A stretch of DNA of 64,000 bases from Elusimicrobia bacterium CG_4_9_14_3_um_filter_62_55. GTDB taxonomy: Bacteria > Elusimicrobiota > Elusimicrobia > UBA1565. Under the pieces are notes generated by a model. It made no database searches, had not been told where the DNA came from, and saw nothing but the letters and a program-made list of their open reading frames with translations. The stretch lies in the NCBI GenBank assembly GCA_002790095.1, contig PFUL01000184.1, positions 2,740 through 66,739 of the forward strand, given 5' to 3'. This document shows, piece by piece, positions 52,453 through 61,677 of this stretch. The stretch's first letter is position 1. Every line of letters starts with the position of its first letter. Made by a program: the position numbers and the translations under genes.

Positions 52453-54036
52453 TTATTCCTCCACCACGCAACGGGTCTGCTCCCGCATAAACTGAGCCAC
52501 ATAATAAGGGCCGCATCCGCCCTTTCCGGTGGAACCGGAACCCTTCCAGCCGCAAAACGGCTGAGCTCCCGGCCAGGCGCCCGTCGTCGCGCCGGAGCGT
52601 TTGTTCGCGTAGAGCACGCCGGTCTGGATCTCGTTGAAGAACTTTTCGATCTCCTCTTTCTTCGCCGTGAAGATGCCGCCGGTCAGGCCGTATTCGGCCT
52701 TGTTCGACTCGCGAATCGCCTCATCGAGCGATTTCACGCTTCCGATCGCAAGAATCGGGGTGAAAAATTCCTCAAAGAACAGCTTGCTCTTGAGCGGCGC
52801 GTTCACGACGGTGGGTTCGACATAGAAACCCTTATCGAAGATCCCGCCGGACAAACGTTTCCCGCCGGTCAGGATTTCCCCGTCTTTGCGGCCGAGCGCG
52901 ACGCCTTCCTCCCATTTCTTGAAGGCCTGCTCGTTGATCACCGGGCCGTAATACACGTCCCGCTGCGTGGGATCGCCCTTCACGATGGCGGCAGTCTTCT
53001 CGAGGATCTTTTCGGTGAGCGCCGCGATGATCGACTCGTGAGCGTACACGCGGGAACAAGCGGAGCATTTTTGATTCTGAAGCCCCCACGCGGATTTGAT
53101 GATTCCCTCGGCCGCCGCGTCGAGATCGGCGCTTTCCATCACGATCGCGGCGTTCTTCCCGCCGAGCTCCATCAGGCAAGGCTTCACCCACTTGCCGCTA
53201 AGCCGGTGGTAGATGTGCATGCCGACCTGTTTAGAACCGGTGAAGACGACGCCGTCCACGTCTTCATGCCCGGTGATCAGGTCGCCCATGGTGCGGCCGC
53301 GTCCCGTCAGATAGTTGAACGCGCCGACCGGAACGCCCGCTTCGTGATAGAGCTGGGCCAACTTGTAGCCGACCCATGGGGCGTCCAACGCGGGTTTGTA
53401 GACGAGGGTATTGCCCGCCACCAACGCCGCGGAGGTCATGCCGCAGGACAACGCGAGCGGGAAGTTGAAGGGCGCCATGCAGGCGAATACGCCGAACGGG
53501 CGAAGCACGTCGAAATTCGTCTCAATCGGCGTGATCTTGTTCATCTCCCGGATGAACCCATTCGCGTCTTCCATCTGCAGGCAGTAGTAGTCCAAAAGGT
53601 CGGCGCTTTCCTCGGCGTCGCCGATGGACTCCATCCGGCTCTTGCCGACTTCCAAACTCATCACCGCCGCGAACTCGAATTTGCGCTTTCGGATCAGCGA
53701 GGCCGCGTTGCGCAATATCCTCACGCGCTCCTGCCACGGCGTGTCGCGCCAGGCCGGGAAGGCACCCTTGGCCGTCTTCACCGCCATGTCCACATGCCGT
53801 TCATCCGCCGAGGCGAAACTGCCGAGCGTCAGATCGTTGTCGACGGGAGACACGTCCACGATCGGATCCAACTCCGATTCGAACGCCTTCCCTCCGATGA
53901 CCATCGGGTAATCCTTGCCCATCTCCGATTTCACCTTCTCCAGAGCCTCGTCGAAATACTTGTGAAAAGTCCCCATGTCGGCGGTGTTCGAGGTGTAGGT
54001 GATCTTCATGTCCTCGGGTGCGGTCGTCGTGGTCAT
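52453..54036 (-). CDS. Aldehyde dehydrogenase, 1-pyrroline-5-carboxylate dehydrogenase-like (RocA/ALDH4 family)
   Basis: ALDH motifs ELGGKNA and the catalytic Cys region QNQKCSACSRV. ~527 aa, as in RocA. Confidence 0.75.
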   Translation of the reverse strand: MTTTTAPEDMKITYTSNTADMGTFHKYFDEALEKVKSEMGKDYPMVIGGKAFESELDPIVDVSPVDNDLTLGSFASADERHVDMAVKTAKGAFPAWRDTPWQERVRILRNAASLIRKRKFEFAAVMSLEVGKSRMESIGDAEESADLLDYYCLQMEDANGFIREMNKITPIETNFDVLRPFGVFACMAPFNFPLALSCGMTSAALVAGNTLVYKPALDAPWVGYKLAQLYHEAGVPVGAFNYLTGRGRTMGDLITGHEDVDGVVFTGSKQVGMHIYHRLSGKWVKPCLMELGGKNAAIVMESADLDAAAEGIIKSAWGLQNQKCSACSRVYAHESIIAALTEKILEKTAAIVKGDPTQRDVYYGPVINEQAFKKWEEGVALGRKDGEILTGGKRLSGGIFDKGFYVEPTVVNAPLKSKLFFEEFFTPILAIGSVKSLDEAIRESNKAEYGLTGGIFTAKKEEIEKFFNEIQTGVLYANKRSGATTGAWPGAQPFCGWKGSGSTGKGGCGPYYVAQFMREQTRCVVEE

Positions 54037-55373
54037 CGTGCCTCCGTAGTCATCTTATCGAGCGTGCGGACAAATCGGGCCAGAATATCGTCGATCTCGG
54101 CTTCGGTGATTATAAAGGGCGGGGCGATCATCACGAAATCGCCGTTGACGCCGTCGGCGCCGCCGGAGGATTGCCACACGACGAGGCCCTCGGCTTGGGC
54201 GATTTCGGCGAAGGTCTCGGCGAATTTCAACGCGCGGGGAAACGGCGTCTTGGCGGTCTTATCCTTGACGAATTCGATCCCGGCCAGCATGCCTCGGCCG
54301 CGGATATCGCCGATCTCCGGACGCTCGCGCAGGACCCCGAGTTTCTCGTGCAGGATCTTCCCCATGGAGGCCGCGCGTTCGATCAGCGCGTGTTCGCGCA
54401 AATACCGAATAGCGGCGAGACCGGCGGCGCAGCCGATCGCGTTATGGGAGAAGGTCGCGTTGTGCAGCAAAGCGCCGCTGCCGGCCGCGATCGGGCGCAG
54501 CGCCTCTTCGTGCGTGACAAGCACCGAGAGCGGCGCATAGCCCCCGGTAATGCCCTTGCCGAACAGGATCATATCCGGAACCGCGCCATAGGGCTCCAGG
54601 GCCGACCAGGTCCCGGTCCGGCCGATGCCGGTCAATACTTCGTCGGCGATCCAAAAGATATCGTGCTTGTCGCAGATTTCTCGAATACGCTTCCAGTAGC
54701 CCGGAGGCGGCACCGACGCGCCGGTCGAGGAGCCGCCCACCGGCTCCCCGATGAAGGCCGCGATCGTCTCCGGACCTTCGCGAAGGATCGTCTCTTCGAA
54801 CAAATCGCCGGTCATCGACGGATGATCGGCGGCGAAGCGATAGGGATACGGAGCCTGAAACGACGGGAAGTCGATCAGCCAGCCGGCGAAGTGGGTCTTA
54901 TACTGAGGGCGGGCCGAGGCGGAAAGAGAAAGGATCGTATTTCCGTGATAACTCGGCGAAAGAGAAACGATCTTGTTCTTCTTGGGCCGGCCGGTCTCGG
55001 CGAAATGCTGCCGCGCAAGCTTGAACGCGGCTTCGACCGCGTCGCTGCCGTCGCAAAGGAAGAACGATTTATCGAGCGGTTTCGGGCAGAATTTGGAAAT
55101 TTCTTCGGCGAGTTCCTCGGCGGGGTCGTGCGTGAAGGCGGTCCCATTCACGTACGCGAGACGACGGGCCTGACCGGAGAGCGCCTCGGCGATCTCCCGA
55201 ACGCCGTGGCCGAGATTGCAGACATAGGCGCCGGAACAGGCGTCGAGGTAGCGGTTTCCCTCGACATCGTAGAGCCAAACGCCTTCTCCCCGCACGATTC
55301 TAGGATAGTCGCGCTTCAACCTCCGGTAAAAAACCGGGCTCTTCGGGTAACGGGTCTCCCAAGAGACGGGCAT
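54033..55373 (-). CDS. Class III aminotransferase (omega-aminotransferase family)
   Basis: Class-III AT blocks (e.g. ...DEVLTGIGRTG...). Confidence 0.75.
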   Translation of the reverse strand: MPVSWETRYPKSPVFYRRLKRDYPRIVRGEGVWLYDVEGNRYLDACSGAYVCNLGHGVREIAEALSGQARRLAYVNGTAFTHDPAEELAEEISKFCPKPLDKSFFLCDGSDAVEAAFKLARQHFAETGRPKKNKIVSLSPSYHGNTILSLSASARPQYKTHFAGWLIDFPSFQAPYPYRFAADHPSMTGDLFEETILREGPETIAAFIGEPVGGSSTGASVPPPGYWKRIREICDKHDIFWIADEVLTGIGRTGTWSALEPYGAVPDMILFGKGITGGYAPLSVLVTHEEALRPIAAGSGALLHNATFSHNAIGCAAGLAAIRYLREHALIERAASMGKILHEKLGVLRERPEIGDIRGRGMLAGIEFVKDKTAKTPFPRALKFAETFAEIAQAEGLVVWQSSGGADGVNGDFVMIAPPFIITEAEIDDILARFVRTLDKMTTEAR

Positions 55374-55413
55374 GCCTGGATTCTATCTCTTTCCCTGGGA
55401 GCGCGGTACCCCC

Positions 55414-56427
55414 CTAGACGGCGATCGAAGCCTTCAGGGCGTCGGCGAAGGCTTTCGCGTTTGGGAAGCGCCGTCCGGGGTCAGGAGAGAGGGCCCGGGC
55501 GAACACCGCGTCGAGTTCGGCGCCCGCGCCGGGGATGCGTTTGGACACCGGAACGAAGCGGCCCTCCCGTTTTTGAAGGTGCAGGGCGTAGCCCATCCCG
55601 GGAAACGGCAGTTCTCCGGTCAATACTTTGTAGAGGCACACCGCCATCGCGAAAACATCCGATTCCTTCCGCGCGAGGCCTTCCTCTTGTTCCGGCGCCA
55701 TGTACGGCGGGGTTCCAGATGAGGCGACCGTGCCGGTAAGGCGGGTCATCGCGTCGGCGGCGGCCCGAGCGATGCCGAAATCCATGACCCGCGGAGCGCC
55801 GTCCGCATCGATCATGATGTTCGAGGGCTTCAGATCCCGATGCACGACGCCCTTCATGTGCGCGTGGTCGACGGCCTCGGCGACCGCCTCAGCCCACGCG
55901 GCCGCCCGCTCCGCCGACACGCGCCCATCGTCGGAGAGGATTTCCGCGAGGGTGCGCCCCTCGACGTGTTCGAACACGATGATAACGTCGTCCTCGGATT
56001 CCCGAACCTCGTAAACCGACACGATGCCCGGATGCGAGAGTTTCGCGACGATGCGCGCCTCTCGCACGACGCGCTCGCGCTCGCGCGGATCGCGGCGGAT
56101 TTCCTCACGCAGGCACTTGAGCGCGACGAGACGCCCCGTGCCCAGATCGCGAGCGAGCTCGACGACCCCCATTCCCCCGCGGCCGAGCAACCCGAGCGTC
56201 TCGAAGCCGCGCAAGGCATCGACCGCGGGCAAGGGAGCGGCTGGGGACGAAGCCGGAACAGGCATCCATGCCGCGGGTTCCCGTCCCCACGCGCGCGAAA
56301 GTCCCCACCCCCCGGCGACCCCGCCGATCACGGCCGCGATCGCCCACCACCACGGCAGGCCTCCGCCCGCTGGAGACCTCCGTTCGGATTTTTTCCAGAC
56401 TCTCCGACCGGGGAGAAAATCCCCCAC
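55414..56427 (-). CDS. Hanks-type Ser/Thr protein kinase with N-terminal TM segment
   Basis: GRGGMGVV..ALK, HRDLKPSNIMI, DFGIA and GTPPYMAPE motifs. Confidence 0.8.
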   Translation of the reverse strand: MGDFLPGRRVWKKSERRSPAGGGLPWWWAIAAVIGGVAGGWGLSRAWGREPAAWMPVPASSPAAPLPAVDALRGFETLGLLGRGGMGVVELARDLGTGRLVALKCLREEIRRDPRERERVVREARIVAKLSHPGIVSVYEVRESEDDVIIVFEHVEGRTLAEILSDDGRVSAERAAAWAEAVAEAVDHAHMKGVVHRDLKPSNIMIDADGAPRVMDFGIARAAADAMTRLTGTVASSGTPPYMAPEQEEGLARKESDVFAMAVCLYKVLTGELPFPGMGYALHLQKREGRFVPVSKRIPGAGAELDAVFARALSPDPGRRFPNAKAFADALKASIAV

Positions 56428-56957
56428 AAGGACTCACCCGCAGGCGGGATCTCGGCTTTTTTCACTCCGGTATGGATGCCCGCCACGACGGTCTCCACGA
56501 CCGTTTTGGGCTTCTGAAGACCGTCGGCCGCCGCCGGAGACGCGACGAAGGCGAGCGATAACGCGAGCGAGGAAAGTCGGGAGTTCATGGGATTCAATGA
56601 GGAGTGTAAAGAGAGCCGCCGGAACCGTCAAGGGACCAGCTATTATGGAAGCGGGCCGAAAAGCAGTCGGCCCCTTATCGTCTTCTCCGACGGAGGATCG
56701 GATCGTTTTCACACTAAAAACGCTCGTGCTCCTGCCGGCATAACTCCGATAGGCCCACCGTTGGGTACGCCCTTTGCCTTATTTTTAATCGCCGAAAGTC
56801 CTATTCCTAAAGCCCGGCACCACGATACAATAGGGGTCGATGGATCCTCGAAGTCTCGCTTCTCTCGGTCTCGTGTTAGCCCTTTGTACCCCTTCCTCTG
56901 CTGCGCGCCGCGCCGGCGGCCGTACGCCTCGGAGCAGGCGCCGCGACGGGCGTCGGC

Positions 56958-58457
56958 TTGGCGCGGGCCGACTCGGTGCTCTCGGCCCCCTCCCTCTCGC
57001 TTTCCGCGCCGTCGCTCTTGCCCGCCGCCGGTCTTCCGGTCTTGGAGACTGCGCCGTTTGGACCCACAGCCCCATCGGCCGTGGCGATCGCGCCGAAAAG
57101 CGTCGCGGCACCGAAGGCATCGCCCGGCCTCGCGGCAGTCGCGCTCGGACGCGCATCCGCCGACAGCCCCTCGATGGTCCGCTGGCTGACTCCGCCTTCG
57201 CGTGAAGGCTCCTCAAGCGCGAAAGCCCATCTTTGGGCCAAAAACAGTTTCGACGCAATGCTTGGGCGACGCGTGGTTGAGCGCGACGGAGCGCTCGCCG
57301 TCCACGCCGGGGACGCATCGGGAGGAACTGATGACGGAAATCCTACGCCGCGGCGAAATTCAGCGCGCCTTCGGCCGACCGACCCGAATTCGCCGCGCGC
57401 CAATCTTGCGGAACCGCCGATGAGGGCGCGCGACGCGGTCGATTCCAGCGGCAAAGCGCTTCGTCCCGCGTCTGCCGTGAAGCCATTTAAGGATGGGGTT
57501 CACGCCCTCGCGATCTCGATCGTCACTCTTGGCGGCGCCTGGCTGGCCGTCGGCTCCGGACTCGTACTCAACATCGGCTACATCCAATACGACCCGGTCC
57601 CCGCGGGCACGCTTGTCGCCGCGGAGACGCTGCTGATGGCCTTCGCGATCCGCAACGCACGCGGCGCAGAGCGGCAGCCGCTGCGCTGGTTCATCGGCGG
57701 CTACATTGCGACCTTCTCCGTGTACACGATCGGACTCGGCGTTTGGGAACTCCCGGATCGTCTCGGCGCAGGGCTGGCCGTTGGGCTGGCCTACGGCGTA
57801 ATCGCGGCTCTCGTCGCCGGCGGCTGGCCGTGGGCCGGCGCGGGCGCAAACGACTCCGGCGGTCCTTCCCGGAACAATCCCCTCGTCGCGCCGATATTTC
57901 TCGCCCTGCTCGTTCCGTTGCTCGGGGTGTTCTCGTACTTCGAGCTCTACTTCTTCTCGCCGAAGCTGCTTGCGGTGATGATTAAGGACTGGCCGATGAT
58001 CGCAGCGCTCGCGGGCACCCTCATCCCCGGTCTTTGGTACTTGGGCGCATGGATCCGTCGCCGGCACATCGGGCTCGTCTCCTTCGCGAAACAAGAGGCG
58101 CGCCTCCATCGCAGGCTCAATCCCTTGGGGGTCGTCGGCGCCTTTCTAGCCGCCATCGCCGCCATCGTCGTTTTCGGGAACGGGGGGACCTCCGCATGGG
58201 TGCAGCCGTGGTTCATCGCCGTCGCGGGATACGCGCTGTTTGAAATCTTCGCCGGTCCCTGGTGGGATACAGACAGCGATCAAAGTGTCTGGGCGCTGCA
58301 TGGGTTCATCGGCGCGTTCTACCTGATGGCCTACGGCATCGCCGGCGGCGAAACGATTTACACGCTCGGGATATTCCCCCCGCTTGCGGCCCTGCTCGGG
58401 TACGGACTCGAGCAGGGCTGGCGTACGATCCGGCGGCGACGGAGGATGAGGTCATGA
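56958..58457 (+). CDS. Hypothetical polytopic membrane protein with Ala/Pro/Ser-rich N-terminal region
   Basis: TTG start. C-terminal ~330 aa have >=8 TM segments. The N-terminal region is low-complexity. Confidence 0.45.
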   Translation: MARADSVLSAPSLSLSAPSLLPAAGLPVLETAPFGPTAPSAVAIAPKSVAAPKASPGLAAVALGRASADSPSMVRWLTPPSREGSSSAKAHLWAKNSFDAMLGRRVVERDGALAVHAGDASGGTDDGNPTPRRNSARLRPTDPNSPRANLAEPPMRARDAVDSSGKALRPASAVKPFKDGVHALAISIVTLGGAWLAVGSGLVLNIGYIQYDPVPAGTLVAAETLLMAFAIRNARGAERQPLRWFIGGYIATFSVYTIGLGVWELPDRLGAGLAVGLAYGVIAALVAGGWPWAGAGANDSGGPSRNNPLVAPIFLALLVPLLGVFSYFELYFFSPKLLAVMIKDWPMIAALAGTLIPGLWYLGAWIRRRHIGLVSFAKQEARLHRRLNPLGVVGAFLAAIAAIVVFGNGGTSAWVQPWFIAVAGYALFEIFAGPWWDTDSDQSVWALHGFIGAFYLMAYGIAGGETIYTLGIFPPLAALLGYGLEQGWRTIRRRRRMRS

Positions 58458-59425
58458 CGCGTGGAATCTTCGCATGCCTGGCGGGAGCGTGCCTTTTGGC
58501 CGGGGGGCCCATCGCCTGCAGGAAGGCGGAATCAAAAGCCTCCATCGAGAACGCTGAAGAATTCAAGAAACCGCTGCCGGAGCGGTTTCCCCAGATGAGG
58601 AGAATTCCGATAGACCACCCCAAGCGGGCGGCGATTATCGCGACATACGAAAGAATGGCGGCAGAAGATCCGAATCGAGCGCAGGCAATCGAAGACCGCA
58701 ACAAGCTCGTCTGGCCCCCGCCGCCGGGGTTTAAACCAAAGGCAGAAGGAGAGAAGCTAGAGCTGAAGATCGCCCTCAAGAAGACGATGCTGCGCCGCGG
58801 AGAAAAGCTCTGGTTTCGATTGCGTGTTCAAAATATAGGAAGCGAAAGCAACTATTGGTCTCATGCCTTTTTCAAAACCGGAGGTTACACCGGTGGCGAT
58901 TCTAGGTGGTGGCGCTACGTTTTGACCGATCCCGACGGCGAGACCGAACTGCTTTACAATGCCCCCGCCGTCGACGATTTCAATCCGCTAGAGGGCTATG
59001 TCGAATTCCCCGAGGGATGGACTCACGAACAGAAGATGGCCGAGTTGAGGCGCCGGGCTGCCGAAAGTCGGCGAAAGCACGATCTACATGTATCTCTCTA
59101 CCCCGGAGAAACGATCGAAACCTCCCCCTGGTGGTGGGTCCCGGAAGAAGAGCGAGAACTGCGGAAAAAGGAGGGGCTGCCCGAAGAACCCGAATTCACG
59201 GGCCGGTTCCGGGAATTTCCATTTAAACACCTCGACTTGACGAAAACCGGGACCTATCGGCTCAGGGTCGAGTATGGCCCCGAACTTGATCCTGACCCGG
59301 TAGAAAAGACGGCTCAAGAGCTTGACATTTCTTTTGAGGAACTGAAGAGGCAGGTCCGTGAAAAGAACGCCAGGTATGCCGCTGAACACATCGCGGACAC
59401 GGTCGAATTCGAGGTAGTTCCGTGA
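58454..59425 (+). CDS. Hypothetical lipoprotein
   Basis: MTRGIFACLAGACLLAGGPIAC has a lipobox. The ATG overlaps the upstream stop. Lower-GC patch. Confidence 0.5.
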   Translation: MTRGIFACLAGACLLAGGPIACRKAESKASIENAEEFKKPLPERFPQMRRIPIDHPKRAAIIATYERMAAEDPNRAQAIEDRNKLVWPPPPGFKPKAEGEKLELKIALKKTMLRRGEKLWFRLRVQNIGSESNYWSHAFFKTGGYTGGDSRWWRYVLTDPDGETELLYNAPAVDDFNPLEGYVEFPEGWTHEQKMAELRRRAAESRRKHDLHVSLYPGETIETSPWWWVPEEERELRKKEGLPEEPEFTGRFREFPFKHLDLTKTGTYRLRVEYGPELDPDPVEKTAQELDISFEELKRQVREKNARYAAEHIADTVEFEVVP

Positions 59426-60273
59426 TCGCGGCGATTCTCAGCGTGCTGCTGTTGGTTTCGGGAATTGTCACGGCGAGTCCCAACTGCACTCCCGAGTTGA
59501 AAATGCCCTGCACGCCCACCGACCCCGAAGTGAAAGCCGATATTCTCCGATCGGCGCAACTGGGAATCAACTACGACAAAGACCTTGTTAAGGCGACCGG
59601 AGAAAAGAAAAATCTTGAAAACGAACTAGCAACGGCGGTCACAGAGAAGAGAGAAAACGGAGTCGACATCCTCTCCGAAGACCAGATCAGCGAGAAACTG
59701 CATCGAATCGATCAACTTGAAAAGGCTATCGAGGAAAACAAGCGGCTCGCCACAAACTACCTCACGAAGGCGATGAAGACGGCCATCGAAGCCTACCATG
59801 TCAATCTCGTCAAGATGTTCATGCCGGATAAAACAATCGCGCGCGGCGTGGCGCGAGGAGCGCCGCCCGTCGCGCGGTTTTTCCAGCGACTCTGCGCGAA
59901 TCCAAACGGAAACCACTTGGGGAGCGACGGCCACCACGCGATCGATAACCTGCTGAAGTACGAGGACGGGCGGGACGCGATCCGGCGCTATGCGCCCCCC
60001 ACCGACCCCGGCGGGTGTTTCGAAGCGCTCGTCCGCCAGTTGCCCGTTCAGGACCCACCCGCACCCGGCGAGGTGAGATATTTCGTCGACCTCGCGCCCT
60101 TCATCGCCGCAGCCCGCAACCACCGGCCTCCCCCGCCGCAGGTCCAACACGCTCCATCCGGGTCCGACCGGCGCGATGCGCCCAACGACGGAGCTCCGCA
60201 AAAGTCCGACGATGAAGAATGGGAGTGGATTCCGGGCATCGGCTGGACTCACACGGTCAAGCCCGGCCGATAG
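59422..60273 (+). CDS. Hypothetical secreted protein
   Basis: GTG start overlaps the upstream stop. Signal peptide MIAAILSVLLLVSGIVTAS. Lower-GC 5' half. Confidence 0.45.
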   Translation: MIAAILSVLLLVSGIVTASPNCTPELKMPCTPTDPEVKADILRSAQLGINYDKDLVKATGEKKNLENELATAVTEKRENGVDILSEDQISEKLHRIDQLEKAIEENKRLATNYLTKAMKTAIEAYHVNLVKMFMPDKTIARGVARGAPPVARFFQRLCANPNGNHLGSDGHHAIDNLLKYEDGRDAIRRYAPPTDPGGCFEALVRQLPVQDPPAPGEVRYFVDLAPFIAAARNHRPPPPQVQHAPSGSDRRDAPNDGAPQKSDDEEWEWIPGIGWTHTVKPGR

Positions 60274-60285
60274 CGAGCCTCTGGT

Positions 60286-61617
60286 CTAGACGTGCAGGGT
60301 CTGCCGCTCGCGGGCGGCGGTCAGGATCATCGAGGATCCCGCCTTGCGGACGATTTCCCGGCAGTGGTCGAGATACTCGTCCATCATCTCGTCGGTGTGC
60401 ATCGGGTCGTGGTGGAAGAGAACCAAATGCTGCGCCTCAGCGGCCATGCCGCGCTCGAGCACGTCTTTGAAGGTGCTGTGGCCCCAGCCCTTCTTCATCT
60501 CATACTCGTCTTCGTCGTACTGGGCCTCGCAGATCAAGAGGTCCGATCCCTTGGCGAACTCGGCGATCTTGAGATCCTGCTTGCGCGTCACCTCGCTGTC
60601 GCCGTTGAGGCGCGCGAAGGTCTCGTGGTCGCTGATGTAGCTGACCGATTTTCCAAACGCCTCGAAGCGAAAGCCGATCGCGATGCCGGGGTGATTCAAA
60701 AATTGATAGCTGACCTTCACCGGCCCGATTTCCACGGGGGCCTCGAGTTCGATGAATTGGACGTCGGCGGAAAGGCTCTTGAGCGGAACCGGAAAGTAAT
60801 CGCTGGCCATCTGCCCGCGAAACACCCGTTCGAGGCTCTTCCCGGCGCCGCGGACGCTGTAGAGATTGAATTTGTTGCGCGGGATGTAGAACGGCGTGAA
60901 AAACGGAAACCCCTGGATGTGGTCCCAGTGCGTATGCCCGACGAAGACATGGGCTTCGATCGGCTTGTCCTTGCCCTTGAATTCCTTGAGCAGTTCGATG
61001 CCGAGTTCCCGAAGACCCGAGCCGCAGTCGATCACGAAAATGAGATCTCCGAAGCGGATTTCGGTGCAGGCCGTATTGCCGCCGTAGCGCACGGTATCCG
61101 GACCGGGGGCCGGGCAGGAACCGCGCGTGCCCCAAAAGCGAACCTTCACATCCTTGCTTAACCCGGCTTCGGATTCCATCCGGGGGGAAGCGACCGTCGA
61201 TTTGGAGAGTTCCTCGTCCTCGGCGGGCCGCGATCCGTTGCGCGCGGAAGATTCCGATGCGAGCAGTTCGGCGACCTTGGACTGAAGTTCCTCTTGGCGG
61301 TACGGCTTGCGGAGGTAGTCGTCGGCACCGGCGTGCTTGGCCGCCTCGACGTCGGCCGCGTAGCCCTTCGCGGACGCCACGAGGATGCGCACGCCGCGGA
61401 GTTCGGAGTCCTTGCGCAGAATCTCGCAAACCCGAATCCCGTGCATCCCCGGCATCATCAAATCGACGACGACGCAGTCGGGCTTGAAGGCGGCGGCCTT
61501 TTCGACCCCTTCCTGCCCGTCATAGGCGCGCTCGACTTCGTAGTCCGCCTTTACAAGCGCGCGGACCGCGTACTCGTTGAGCGCCTCGTCGTCTTCGATA
61601 ACCAGTACTCGTTTCAT
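60286..61617 (-). CDS. Response regulator receiver domain fused to MBL-fold metallo-hydrolase domain
   Basis: REC domain (IEDDE, VVVDLMMPG, YLRKP) followed by an MBL domain with HTHWDH. Confidence 0.8.
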   Translation of the reverse strand: MKRVLVIEDDEALNEYAVRALVKADYEVERAYDGQEGVEKAAAFKPDCVVVDLMMPGMHGIRVCEILRKDSELRGVRILVASAKGYAADVEAAKHAGADDYLRKPYRQEELQSKVAELLASESSARNGSRPAEDEELSKSTVASPRMESEAGLSKDVKVRFWGTRGSCPAPGPDTVRYGGNTACTEIRFGDLIFVIDCGSGLRELGIELLKEFKGKDKPIEAHVFVGHTHWDHIQGFPFFTPFYIPRNKFNLYSVRGAGKSLERVFRGQMASDYFPVPLKSLSADVQFIELEAPVEIGPVKVSYQFLNHPGIAIGFRFEAFGKSVSYISDHETFARLNGDSEVTRKQDLKIAEFAKGSDLLICEAQYDEDEYEMKKGWGHSTFKDVLERGMAAEAQHLVLFHHDPMHTDEMMDEYLDHCREIVRKAGSSMILTAARERQTLHV

Positions 61618-61677
61618 TAAAGCCCAATAGCGTAACAGTCCCGTCGAACCCGCGCAAGGCCGGGGATCGTGTTTTTT

